Positions 1 to 12,069 are shown, counted from the first letter of the whole stretch. The stretch: DNA of 62,445 nt, filler included, from Globobulimina sp. (GCA_003354225.1; 35 parts of 35 records of this genome joined end to end with filler, not necessarily neighbours in it); one strand, 5' to 3'. The notes: generated by a model not told the origin, from the letters alone. Numbers and translations are program-made.

Positions 1-106
1 TTATTGCCATAATTATATTTTCCTGATGTTCTACAATCTTAAAATTAACTGAATGTGCAGAATTAATTATTGTAAAGTTTTGAATCGTAAAAATCACTGT
101 TTAAAC

Positions 107-943
107 ATGTCAACACAAGAATCGAAAGAAAAAGAACATATTAAATCCATTTTATTTTGTTTAATTTGCTTCAAAAACACAGATCAAAACTTGATCAAAT
201 GTCAAGAATGCAGTATTATTTTTTGTCATCAGTGTGTTCATTATTGTAATGGTTCATTACTAATAAAAACCAATCCGTTACTTGCAAAATTATTTGCTCA
301 TAGAGATGACCAAAAAGAATTTAATATAATCTATGTAGGCTGTAAATCATTTTTTATTTGTGGTAATGGCGCAAAATATAATATTTTTGATGACATTGTG
401 CAAATAATTACCATGTATGCAACTGGCAAAATTAAAAATTGTAATTACTGTCAAACTGAAATATTAATGTTAAATAAATGCTGCAAAACCGATGAGTTCC
501 AGGGATGTGGTGTGGAAGAAGTTGGCTGTATTTTGGGCAATGTCATTTGTAAAGATTGCAATGATAAATATGTAGATGGGCCTGGTTGCTATGGTTGTTC
601 TGATTCATTTTGTAAACAATGCATTGATGGTTTTAGTTGGAAATGTCATATTTGTCAAGATAAATATAAATGGGGAAATATATGTGATAACTGCCAAATA
701 TATGGGCATGAATGTGAAAGATGTTTTGAATATGCCTGTGACGAATGTATGGCTGAATGTGAGCAATGTTCATTGGATGTTTGCCTGCAATGTTTACAGA
801 ATTGTCAACAATGTGATGGTACAATATGCGAATATTGTATGTCTCTGTTAGAAGCAAACCATATTTGTCAAAGCAATCATGATCAATGTTTAAAGATTTG
901 TCAAAGTTGCAGATCAACAACATATATAAAACGTTTCTGGTGA
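107..943 (+). CDS. Cys-rich (CxxC repeat) putative zinc-binding protein
   Basis: Open frame with dense CxxC/CxxCxxC pairs; likely start MSTQ at 107 (ORF track starts at 53); contains IFDDIVQIITMY box-like motif. Confidence 0.65.
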   Translation: MSTQESKEKEHIKSILFCLICFKNTDQNLIKCQECSIIFCHQCVHYCNGSLLIKTNPLLAKLFAHRDDQKEFNIIYVGCKSFFICGNGAKYNIFDDIVQIITMYATGKIKNCNYCQTEILMLNKCCKTDEFQGCGVEEVGCILGNVICKDCNDKYVDGPGCYGCSDSFCKQCIDGFSWKCHICQDKYKWGNICDNCQIYGHECERCFEYACDECMAECEQCSLDVCLQCLQNCQQCDGTICEYCMSLLEANHICQSNHDQCLKICQSCRSTTYIKRFW

Positions 944-992
944 TCCGATTTTCTGGTTCAGACTAAAAGCTTCAAATTAATTTCTTCACGTC

Positions 993-1688
993 ATGTGCAC
1001 TTGCTTTGCTACCAGACACAATGTCACATCCAGCATCGAATCAAATGGGATATTTGAAACAGTTGGCAAAACGAGCAGACTCCTGCTCACCACAATGGAT
1101 AAAAATCTAACACCAAACACATCCCTTAATTACAACAATGACACGAATAATTTAACCAATATAGCATCTGGATACAACCATACTGTTTACTGCAATCATA
1201 ACACTCAGCAATATTATGTTTCTAACCAATCTATGACTATTACTGCATTTACATTCTTTGAACTTATTAATAAAGCAAGGCTCCAAAAAGTATTCGCAAA
1301 TGTTTGCAGTAAATGTACATTTTGGATGACTTATGACAACAAAGTATATGCGAATGGCGAAAACGATAAAAACAAATTAGGTTTGGGAGAGATCCAAATC
1401 CAGCACGAACCAGTATTGATTTTACAGAATGTAATTGACATAAAATCGAATGATAATTTCACAGTTGCTTTGTATAGAAAAAATATCAATGTTTTAGTGG
1501 TTGGATACTTGAAAGAAAATGGCTTGGATCTGTATATACCAACGGATGTTATGAGTGTTATATTAAAGTGTTATGGGACCACAGCGCATTGTAAAATATA
1601 TAGAACTGTGAATAATAAGCAATTATTTGGCCGTGATGCTTGGAAACGAGTCACTGAGTTTGATGATAAAGATATAGTTAAAATTGAT
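993..1688 (+). CDS. RCC1/BLIP-II-like beta-propeller protein, 3' partial
   Basis: Blade motifs IASGYNHTVY, VYANGENDKNKLGLG, VIDIKSNDNFTVAL; start may be 1095. Confidence 0.7.
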
Positions 1689-1788
1689 NNNNNNNNNNNN
1701 NNNNNNNNNNNNNNNNNNNNNNNNNNNNNNNNTTAATTAATTAANNNNNNNNNNNNNNNNNNNNNNNNNNNNNNNNNNNNNNNNNNNN
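1689..1788. other. Artificial contig-joining spacer (first of 34)
   Basis: 44 N + TTAATTAATTAA (stops in all six frames) + 44 N, recurring every 1786-1788 bp (3477, 5265, 7053 ... 60660). Contig and spacer lengths sum exactly to 62445. Confidence 0.99.
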
Positions 1789-2330
1789 CATTTTCTGTGT
1801 GTTTGTTTCTGTTTTCTGTGTGTTTATGTTATTGTTTTCCATTTGTACGGATGTAAAATATAGTCAGACGTATACAAATGGAAAGTAATGATCTGCCTTC
1901 TCAGCTGCCGCGAAAATGTGATAGAATTGTTTAAATACTTATATTCAACAAATATATAATATAAAATTGGATTTCTAGATTTTTTTATCATTATGAACGC
2001 CTTGTTACTATGTTCAAATATGATTCCCAAAATATGCGGTTTTTCACAACTGTGGACTCTAATCTTTGCTTACAGCGCTCGGCTTAACAATGCTTAGACT
2101 TAGACTGTAAGCTAAGCAAACACCAAGCAAGCCAGGCTTAACATTCATAAGCTAAGCAGAGTTCTACCTTGAAAAAGTCAAAAGTTTTACAAAATTTCAT
2201 ATCCCAACATATGTTCTGCAGCGCCAGCAAAGTGAATCAAACTGTACATTTGCAATTGGTTATTGATCGATATGTATACAAATGGTTTTCGCACAAAACA
2301 AAAGATCTAGACGATAATTAATATTTTATT

Positions 2331-3476
2331 TTATGGTACAAGCAAAGTCCAAACATTGTTATTCTGATAGTCTTTAAATATTTGTTTATAAAAAACCATA
2401 GAAACACATAATAATATGAATGAGACGGGTAACGGTCGAATCTGTTTGCTAAAAAATGGCATCACAAACACAGCAATCACAAATCCGGATAGCACCGTAA
2501 TTAATAATAAAATGACTTGTGTGTAATTCATAAATGTATTGTTTTCAGTCGAATCAATTAGACCTAACATTAATCCATAAAACATAAACTCCGGCGCTCT
2601 TACTCTCAAACCATACACTTGATAAAAAATCCGCGGCGTTGTATTGGGTATTTGTATTTGTGTCGGCACCAAAAACGGAGAAAACATTCTGCCAAATGAC
2701 GGTTTAAACATAGCGATGCAGTCCGCTGTAATCAATATCAATAACAAAAAAACCACATACCACGAAATAGCATAAGTTATCATTATCGCCATGATGCAGT
2801 TCAATATCACCAAAAATAAGCGATGCGCGCCGGGCGAGACATGGCAATAAAATGTCATCACTCCAATTAAGCCAAAATTATATACAAACACGCAAAACGT
2901 TACAATATCCACAGAGAAATTATAATTTACACTCAAAACGACAAATAAAATGGCAAATCCTACAGATAATATTACGAAAATGTCAGCCACTAAAAATAAG
3001 CGGAAAACCTGTTCACATTTACGCTGAAATCTGTACGCAATGAAAGCACCGCAGATCAGCACCACAAAGGCGCCCAACGCATAAAATAAATACATGGACG
3101 ATGACGTAGAGGCGGTGGGCGCGTCGGGCAATGATATCGCATTCTCGCTGTCCAACGCTGCGGCTCTGTCATTATTCAACGCAGTGTAATTATATAACTG
3201 CAGCTCGTACAAAAAATACAATGTACTCAAAATGGACAGCAATATCGGGAAGAATATGGAATAAAATTGTGTCCAGGCACTGACGGTTAGAAATATATAA
3301 TCCACACCATCCAAACCATCAAATAACACGCCGGGATCTGCTAATATCTCTATATACGAATCTGAACCGGTCACTTCTTCATCCTTCTCCTCCTCAAAAT
3401 GCTCATTTCCATTCTCGCCCTCTTTGCGTTCCACTCCATCCACCTTACCCTCATTGTTCCCGTCGTCTTCTTTGCT
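2331..3476 (-). CDS. Divergent presenilin-family (peptidase A22A-like) membrane protein, 5' partial
   Basis: Collinear with presenilin TM4-TM9: YNFGLIGVM, LITADCIAMFKP, PRIFY, GLRVRAPEFMFYGLMLG, IRPLPVS; frame open to the contig edge. Confidence 0.75.
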   Translation of the reverse strand, partial: SKEDDGNNEGKVDGVERKEGENGNEHFEEEKDEEVTGSDSYIEILADPGVLFDGLDGVDYIFLTVSAWTQFYSIFFPILLSILSTLYFLYELQLYNYTALNNDRAAALDSENAISLPDAPTASTSSSMYLFYALGAFVVLICGAFIAYRFQRKCEQVFRLFLVADIFVILSVGFAILFVVLSVNYNFSVDIVTFCVFVYNFGLIGVMTFYCHVSPGAHRLFLVILNCIMAIMITYAISWYVVFLLLILITADCIAMFKPSFGRMFSPFLVPTQIQIPNTTPRIFYQVYGLRVRAPEFMFYGLMLGLIDSTENNTFMNYTQVILLLITVLSGFVIAVFVMPFFSKQIRPLPVSFILLCVSMVFYKQIFKDYQNNNVWTLLVP

Positions 3477-3576
3477 NNNNNNNNNNNNNNNNNNNNNNNN
3501 NNNNNNNNNNNNNNNNNNNNTTAATTAATTAANNNNNNNNNNNNNNNNNNNNNNNNNNNNNNNNNNNNNNNNNNNN

Positions 3577-5264
3577 TTCCGCTTTCAACATACCATTCTG
3601 CTCACATCCATCCACTGTGGTGCTGGTCACAGGGTTACGCGTTGGTGGCTCAGTCACGCCCTCACACGCACATATTCGCTCAACTATATTCCTTCCGCGT
3701 GCTGTATGGTCAGTAACCACGGTGTCGCCTCCTGTCGCTGATATAATGCCAATAGAACTAGCACCGCACTGCATAAATGACGTAAAATCATATGTATTGT
3801 CAACCTGCCAAGCGCGTATCATTTGAACTCTTCTCATGCCACTTTCTTCAGTCAGCTCCAAATCTAAATAGCTTTCTGGGCTAACAACCGAGCCAATGTC
3901 CCAATTACCTAATATGCGTTCAACCACTTCACTCATTGCGTTGCCTCCCACCGTCACAGCATACGTATCTTGCATTTGTAGGGCATTTGCATCCGATACG
4001 GCGTCATCGAAACCAAATCCAAACCATTTATCCAACGGTCCAAACATGTCAATGATCATTATTTGTTGAGTTGCATTCAAGTTCCGTCCGATTGAAATCC
4101 CAATGGTTGCAGCACCACTCGCCACTGACAATGTTTCTGTACAAGCTTCAAATCGTGGATCTGGCACACGAGCAGCAGTTGGAATATTTGTTGGATTCGT
4201 TGTTGAGCTCTTTGTTGGAGTATGGGTTGGAATATTTGTTGGTTGCGATGTTGGATTAAATGTAGGATTAGTTGTGGGTGGGTTTGTATATCCAGTTTGC
4301 GTCGGTGCAGATGTAACAGGCGGATTTGTCGGGTTTTTAGATGGATTTTGTGTCGGTGTTTCGGTGGTTGTCGGTTCTGGAGTGCCGAGAACAGAAAATG
4401 TTCCCTTTGCTCTCTTTGTACTCGCATGTTTCCGTATATTGTTTAATGAGTTACATGGATTAACACAAAGGCCATAGCCCCATAAAAACGGAAAGTCGCC
4501 AGAAACAGTAGGGAATGAGTAAAAGCCATCAGTTTGTTGTTGAGAGGTTGCAGCTCGATTTCTGGTCATTTGGATGGTGCGCGTAGACGTTGCAGCGTTT
4601 GTTGTATCACTGTTAACTGTAATCATTCCGGGACTTAATGCTGTGCCAGAACCACTTGCGAGTAATTTATGTTCGGTCACTATATCTGTAGCATAGGCGA
4701 GTATTGCATAGCTGTCAATCATTGAATTTGTTTTGCTGAGATCCGAACCAAACCCAACGCCAAACCATTTATCTGTGTATATACATTAATTTTATAACTA
4801 TACGATTTTGGAATATCCAAATGGTGCTTGGAGACAGCACACTGTATTATATTAAGGGACTATTTGTAGCGTGATAAAAAAAAAGAATAAATGCCAGTAA
4901 AGCTAGCTATAACAAGCTATAGTGCAGTTTCTGTATATTTACAAAATGTCAGAATTTAACTTGTACATTAAATGGATTGTACGGTTCAACATCATCTGGA
5001 AATGTATAGAACAAACGAAGAAAAATATACTATAAAACGCATATTCGCTGATTTGATTTATGTGTAAGGATGAAAAATTAATGTTTTCCGAGACGGGAAT
5101 TAATATTCCTAAAACTTAACCTGATGGACCAATTATTTCAATATCAACCGTGTCTGTGGAAGTATCAATAGCGACAGTTACATCAATCAATGACCCAAGA
5201 TTGCTTTGTGATCCAGATAGTATTTCGGCCGAAATGTATGTCCAAATAAACATGAAAAATACTA
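3577..5264 (-). CDS. Secreted tandem DOMON-domain protein with Pro/Thr-rich linker, partial; intron 4773-5120
   Basis: Splicing gttaag...acag yields GPSDKWFGVGFG, mirroring GPLDKWFGFGF in domain 2; PTxxPT repeats lie between the domains; hydrophobic N-terminus. Confidence 0.75.
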
Positions 5265-5364
5265 NNNNNNNNNNNNNNNNNNNNNNNNNNNNNNNNNNNN
5301 NNNNNNNNTTAATTAATTAANNNNNNNNNNNNNNNNNNNNNNNNNNNNNNNNNNNNNNNNNNNN

Positions 5365-6030
5365 TTGAAACGAGTATTTAGTGAGTTGAGTCACGATAGT
5401 GAGGGGGGCACACGGGCAGGCTTGACGAACATTGTTTTGGCATACGGCCAGCGATTTCAATTTATTGTAAATAAGCCAACGCGTATTTCTGCTGAAGTTG
5501 TTGAAGCGATTCAAGGAATTGAGGTCGACAATAGTGGTGTTGAAAAGACATTCACGGCGATTCGTGCTGCCGCAGATCGCCTGAATGCCATCCGTCGGGT
5601 CGGTCGTTCAAATGGAATGATTGTTGTCTTTACGGATGAGGTTGGTGATGATCAGTCTCTTGCCGATCAGGTTGCGACAGTTTGTCGTCGATTGGGTGTT
5701 TCTGTATGTGTTGTTGGTGTGCCGGCTCCTTTTGGGCAGCGGTTTATTGAAATGAAGTATGTTGAGTTCGATCCAACATATGCGTCGGTGGAAGATTGGG
5801 CAGTTGTTGAGCAAGGGCCAGAAACGCTGTTTCCAGAAGCAATCCACATCAGCGACAATTTGCTTTCGAATGAGGCAATCGATTCAGGATTTGGTCCTTT
5901 TAGTTTGTCGAAACTTTGTTACCAAACGGGTGGTGTGTATATCGCTGTCCATGCGAATCGTAACTTGCAGGGCCGTGTGCCTGATCGAGCGACGGCACCA
6001 ATGTCTTCGCGTATCCGTTACTTTTTTGAC
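5365..6030 (+). CDS. Bacterial (Planctomycetota-like) vWA-domain protein fragment
   Basis: IVVFTDEVGDD, VVGVPAPFG, QGPETLFPE, IDSGFGPFSLSKLCYQTGGVY; higher GC than the rest of the contig; breaks after RYFFD. Confidence 0.7.
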
Positions 6031-7018
6031 CTTTGCACAGTTTGCATATTGTCGATGTAGATGTTGTTCTGTTACGTTATCGGAATTGTTGCATACGGTT
6101 TTGCAGCGATTGTCGTGTTGTTTTATTGCCATTTATGGAATTTTATATTCATATTCACAGAGCTATGCTGACGATATATTCGATATATTCATGTATCCAT
6201 CGTTTTGGTTATCGATTATTTTAATTTTTGATTTTATATTTTATTCAATTTATATTTGTATTTTACAGCAGCATAATACGAAAATCAATGCAGTTAATAT
6301 CAATGTACGTGTCATATCGCAGGAATTGTGTGAATTGCAGTTCCCGTTTAAAATTAAACCATTTTCCTATATTTGGCTGTCCGATGATAGAGCGACGTGG
6401 ATAAAATTACCCATTCTATTAACCACAGACAATAATAATTTGACCAGTAACAATAATCAGAATAATAAGCGAAATGTAGAAGAAAACCCGTATCATCATC
6501 AAGAAAATAGCAGTAATGAGGCAATTGAACAGACCATAACCGATATGTACAAATTGAAACATGCGTTGTATGGCACAAAGAATCAGTATGAAGCAGTGGC
6601 GCAAGGCTTATATGCTAAGAATGAGAATATTGATTATAATCTGTGCAGCGTTGTCATTCATTCTCGGAATAGAATGGGACAAAGAATCATTCACAAAGCA
6701 TCCCATTGCTTTGAACAAGCGAACTTCAATTTATTTATGAAAAAATATAATTTTCCATTGACTATAATGTGTTTTGCATTCGTTAAGAAGCAAATTGGTA
6801 TCATCGCTACCGACGATCGCATTATTCCGGCAATTTCATATATTTTTAATAAACAACAGCCCAATCAATATATTGAGATATTATGGATTGTGAATTCACC
6901 AAAAAAACAATATCTTAATTTGTATCAATTATTAAATTTATTTAAAAATCAAACCAAAGCAAAAAGTAATATAAAAATTGTGGATATGACGAAAAAAAAA
7001 TCATCGAAAGAAAAATAA
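6031..7018 (+). CDS. Hypothetical eukaryotic membrane protein, 5' partial
   Basis: AT-rich open frame with two hydrophobic segments and an Asn-rich stretch; the ORF-track N-terminus (5759-6030) is an off-frame read of the bacterial piece. Confidence 0.5.
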
Positions 7019-7581
7019 ATTTCTATTTTTTTAAATAGTACATCGGCACAAGNNNNNNNNNNNNNNNNNNNNNNNNNNNNNNNNNNNNNNNNNNNNTTAA
7101 TTAATTAANNNNNNNNNNNNNNNNNNNNNNNNNNNNNNNNNNNNNNNNNNNNTGGTGAACATTTGTTCTTGACCTTTTGTTCTTGTTGTGTGTAACATTA
7201 ATAATGACCACATCAACAATGCAATACCACAATATTGAAAACCTAATTCTGAATAATCATTATACATATGTATCTCTTCTGCTTTAATGATTAAATCTCT
7301 TAATCTGATTGTTGCAAATATCATTCCAATCAGTGTTTCAGTTATTAATTTTTTCTTGACAGCCTGAGGCGGTCTGTCATTTTTTCTCACCGCCTGGTAT
7401 TTTTTTCTGACCGCCATAACGCCAGTCTCTAATTTTTTTCCTCGCAGCCAGTCTCTAATTTTTTTTCCTCGCAGCCAAATCAAATACAAGCAACCGTAGT
7501 GAGAATTCAGAAAACTAGGATAAGTTCTAAAAGCATACCAAATTACAATGTCATGGGACGAAAAGTTCAGAAATACTATCA

Positions 7582-7683
<102 letters not shown>

Positions 7684-8225
7684 TCATAGTAGCATCAAAA
7701 TATTACGGTGCACTGTTACAAAAAATAACAAAAAACCACTGTTACACACCTGACATAAGTGACATCTGGCCAATGCATATTCTTTTCGTTGTTTGTTTGT
7801 GTGCGGTCGCATCGATCAGGATTTGAACCTTAATCTTCTGGATCCATCCATCCATCCAGGGCTCTTCTTGAGCTAAGCGATAATAATATGTTGTTTCCTT
7901 TTCTTCTGGACATGGTGGGACCTTTTGAAACTGAACGGATCTGTTCGAAAAGTTTTTTAAAAACTCTCTTGTTGGCACAGATTTCACCACCAGATTATTT
8001 TGATTCTGAAGCAAACCTACGACATGAGGAACCTACTTTCTTGTCAAAAAAAAACTGGGACTCTAAAAAACTCGGGAGGGGGGGCTCACCTTGGCGTGAA
8101 AAACTGTGTTTTCAGAAACACGTTACCAGACTCGATTTTACTGACTTCTGATAAAATACTATTATAATGGAGTATGTTCATAATTCCTGGAATAATACGT
8201 ACTTATATACAAACAAAAAACATCC

Positions 8226-8840
8226 ATGTTTCTGCTTTTATTGTCTATCGTATTAACCCAAACCAATGCATCTCACCGAAAAATATTACAAGGAGGAGGT
8301 GGAGGAGGCGGTGGAGGCGGAGGAGGAGGAGGAGGAGGGAGTGGTGGCGGAGGAACGAGCAGCAGTGAACCGGAAATAATCACGCATACTTTTCAAATGA
8401 CATTTGAGATGGAATATTATTGGAAAGATGGTGCGCTACTCAGCGAAATCAGTCATTCTGCCATATTTTCAACATTCCAATCATATCTCGAGTCCCATTA
8501 TCCTGACGGTATATCACCAACTGATATTACAGATACTTCCATCGATACACTAGATTTTGACAAATCAGACTCTTCCATCAATATTTGGAATCAACAATGT
8601 GTAAAACGTTCGTTGATAAAAAGAATATTAATCAACGCTGATTATACCGATGAAGAATTGCCTCCATCCATTATTACAGATTATTATTTGAGTGATGCTG
8701 CCGATACAACTGCGCTTAGCACTTATTTATTAGATCAAAGTTTGATTGCCGATAACATCGGAATTATACGGTTGGAATTTAATATCACTTTAATATCCGA
8801 TCAAAGCGACAGTTTGTGGCTCATTGTCAGTATTGTTTTT
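8226..8840 (+). CDS. Secreted or single-pass protein with poly-Gly tract, 3' partial
   Basis: Signal-like MFLLLLSIVLTQTNA, HRKILQ, GGA/GGC repeat, hydrophobic segment at the contig end. Confidence 0.6.
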
Positions 8841-10801
8841 NNNNNNNNNNNNNNNNNNNNNNNNNNNNNNNNNNNNNNNNNNNNTTAATTAATTAANNNN
8901 NNNNNNNNNNNNNNNNNNNNNNNNNNNNNNNNNNNNNNNNAACTATTCATCGCAGAGTCTTCATCGTTTGTATCTATTATAAGTTGTGTTGCAGTGTCAT
9001 CCGTTTTTATCTGATCACGATTACTGTCATCTGTTTTTATCTGCACAGTGCACAAACAACAAAATTGATTCAATTGCAAACCCAGTTTAACTGATCGAAT
9101 ATGGAACAAATATAAGAGATACGGATACCTCATTCCGTTTCATTTCCAATGATTGCAATGTATTTTGTAAAATAGATATTTTATGTTTTGATTGTATATT
9201 ATCGTTGTTTATTTTTTCAATGACATACATCATTTTTGTGAATGCTTTTATATCGATATAAACTTTATTTATATTTGGCGCAATGTGTGGAACATTCCCA
9301 TCCAATATTTCAGTCATCATTTCATTATCAATATGGATATATTTTATTTCCTGATCAACATTCATTGTTCTATTCGAATTGAGTTTAACTTGAATGAAAC
9401 GAACGGTTCTTTCAAATTGTTTCTGTGCATTTGTTTTTATATTTTGATTATATTTGGATTACAGATTACAAACAGTTAATTTACAATTGATTATATTTAA
9501 TTTGTGCGTACCTGAAAATAATCTGTGGCCTGGCGTCTATGAGTTGGAAATGATGAATTCGAGTTTGGAATATTCGTAATGTTTTCTTGTAATATAGCTC
9601 TGGTTTTTGTCTTTCTTACAATTGCACGCTCATAGATTAAATATGATTTTCTTGATGATTTGTCCAACAATACATGTTCTGAGCACATTGCAGCTAAATA
9701 TGCACTTACTAAAGCTTTATAATACAACGCAGTTAAATCTTGGTTGTATGCCGGTTTGATCGCTACTATTTTCGCAAACTGTTTGTATATAATCCAAAAA
9801 TATATATAATTACCGGAGATAACAATATTAATATATCAGATCAGATATCGATGTATATATGACATGCCTCCATTGATTGTTGTATCATATCAAAAAATAG
9901 TGATTGACCATACATCTTCGATCTACGCCCATTTAACCAATTTCTTGCTTTTTTGTTGTATTCTTTCTTTGTTTTGGGTAAATTTTGACACTGTCTCAAT
10001 CCTTTCCATTCATAAATATAAAGCAAGTATTGTCTAATCTTATTGTCATTTATATTATATTTAAATTTGACACGGTCGACGTCGTTATTTAAATCATTCA
10101 TGTTTCCGAATATTTCTTTCTTTACTTTTGTTGTCTCTTTATTTATCAACAGATCAAAAGTGCACAATCTAATTTCAATATTCCTTTCTTCACTGATCTG
10201 TATACGATAACCTTGTTTTGTCTTTGTGTGTTACTAAACCGGTCGTACTTCGGCACTTAACAATTAACTGCGATCGTACTTCTTGTAACCATTCACGGAA
10301 ATATATTTCATTTGTTTTGTTGCGATGTTTCTTGTTGGGTCGTTGCATGTTGCCAGATGTTTTGTGATGTTTTGGCAGTTTTGCTTAAACAATTCAAACT
10401 TTAAAACTTTCAATGACACATATAAGTATCCGCAGTTATAGGGAACAACCAATTAGAATTAGTGCATTTAACTGAATTGAAAGCAAAGTCGATAATTCAG
10501 TTTATTTTATCCGTCTACAGTCTATATTTATTAGAACTGAGCGACAATGATTTTGAAGATAAGTATAGACTAACAGAATAAATGTTTAATTATATCGATC
10601 ATATGTATGTTGAAAAGGATATACTTTANNNNNNNNNNNNNNNNNNNNNNNNNNNNNNNNNNNNNNNNNNNNTTAATTAATTAANNNNNNNNNNNNNNNN
10701 NNNNNNNNNNNNNNNNNNNNNNNNNNNNGTGCCGTGCGGCGCCGTGCGATTTCTGTGCGATGTCTGCTCATTAGCTGGTTCTTTCGTTATGCCGTGCTTT
10801 T

Positions 10802-10936
10802 GCTGATATTTACGATGCCTTAACGGCATCAGACCGGCCTTACAAAAAAGCTATTTCCTACGAAAAAGCCCTCGACATCATTCATGCGGAGGTGAAGCTT
10901 GGTAAGCTCGACAGCAGCGTTTTTGAAGTATTTGTC
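10802..10936 (+). other. Bacterial HD-GYP phosphodiesterase C-terminal fragment (not in ORF track)
   Basis: Manual translation [45 protein letters not shown] matches the HD-GYP 'AD.YDALT..RPYK' signature. Confidence 0.75.
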
Positions 10937-12069
10937 GCGGATTTGCGGAATGGACAAAACCGACTGTAACACGCTATTCATATAACAGGAATTGCCCAAA
11001 TTGACCAAGCCAATCAACTGCGGGGCGCACACATGTTGCAATTGCGTGCCACTCTCAATGATGGCGCCAAAGACATAGTTCTTATTGGCGTCAATTTCCA
11101 TCTCTTCTAAGGACTTGTCATACTTTTCCTGTTTCATAATATCAATGCCAAAATGCGCCAAATGAGTGGCTAAGTTCTTGTTTAATACCATATTATCCTC
11201 GCTATAGCTCCATACATCGCCGCCAGAAGGCGTGATTGTGCCCAATTTGACGGCTAAGTGGTATTTGCGACCGCAGTCTTTGTAATGTTGTGCTGCGGCG
11301 CCACAACCGCCGGTACCGTCCCAGTGTCTGCGGCCACAACCTATGTAACCGTCGGATAAGTTGAACCATAGATTCTCGGTTTTGCCGCAGTTTGGAGCCA
11401 AACATTTCCAGTCTTGGCGGTTGGGGGAAGGCCGCATAGACTGCGTCAAATCCAATTGGATCAAAGTCTCGCTGTGTTTGGACTCCTTGGTCTCGTCCAT
11501 TTGCCACGATTTTATCTCTTCGTGGGCCGAGATGCCCTTACAGGCAATTATGGAGTTGATGCAGTGCGAGATTTGCAGAGGAATGTCAGTCTCGGAGAGG
11601 TCTATTAATGTGAAGGAGGGCAATATACACAACATATTCTCGGATTTGATGGTATAATCACTCTCAAAGCCGGTGAATCCACCGTCGACACCGATTGCTA
11701 ATTTCGTTGGGTTTGATTGCTGTTGTTTTTCTTGTTCTAATTCGGTTTCATCTTTTTTTGGTTTGATGAGCTGTTATGTTTTGGGTTTGTGTGTTTGTGC
11801 GTTGTGTGCAAGGATGTAAGCGGTGGCTTAACATTGTATTTCTTTTGGTAGAGATAGAGTTTTTGTCCCGTTTTGTTGGAATCAATTGTTACATAGTCGC
11901 GTCCGTATGATTTCCATGATGAGATGTTTGTGTATAGGCCTTGAGGGGAAAAGGCTGTGTCGAATGATAACATGCATTCATCTTTTTCAACCATGGAATT
12001 TTCATTTGGGACACTGCATTTTGAGACTTCTGCTTGTAGTATTTTTAGTGTCTCGTCTTGTAAAGGCAT
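10913..12069 (-). CDS. USP5: Ubiquitin C-terminal hydrolase USP5/USP13/Ubp14, 3' truncated; intron 11771-11832
   Basis: [20 protein letters not shown], zf-UBP ([33 protein letters not shown]) and Cys box [16 protein letters not shown]. Confidence 0.92.

Noticed and set aside
2065-2160. GCTTAG/CTAAGC-rich patch resembling telomeric repeats
   Set aside because: Irregular, mixed orientation and internal; not a tandem telomere tract.
5759-7018. 419-aa ORF as a single gene or HGT fusion
   Set aside because: Its first ~90 codons are an alternative frame of the bacterial vWA fragment across a probable chimeric junction.
7421-7477. 26/27-bp tandem duplication inside ORF 7097-7591
   Set aside because: Local non-coding-type repeat; the ORF through it is probably spurious and no function can be supported.
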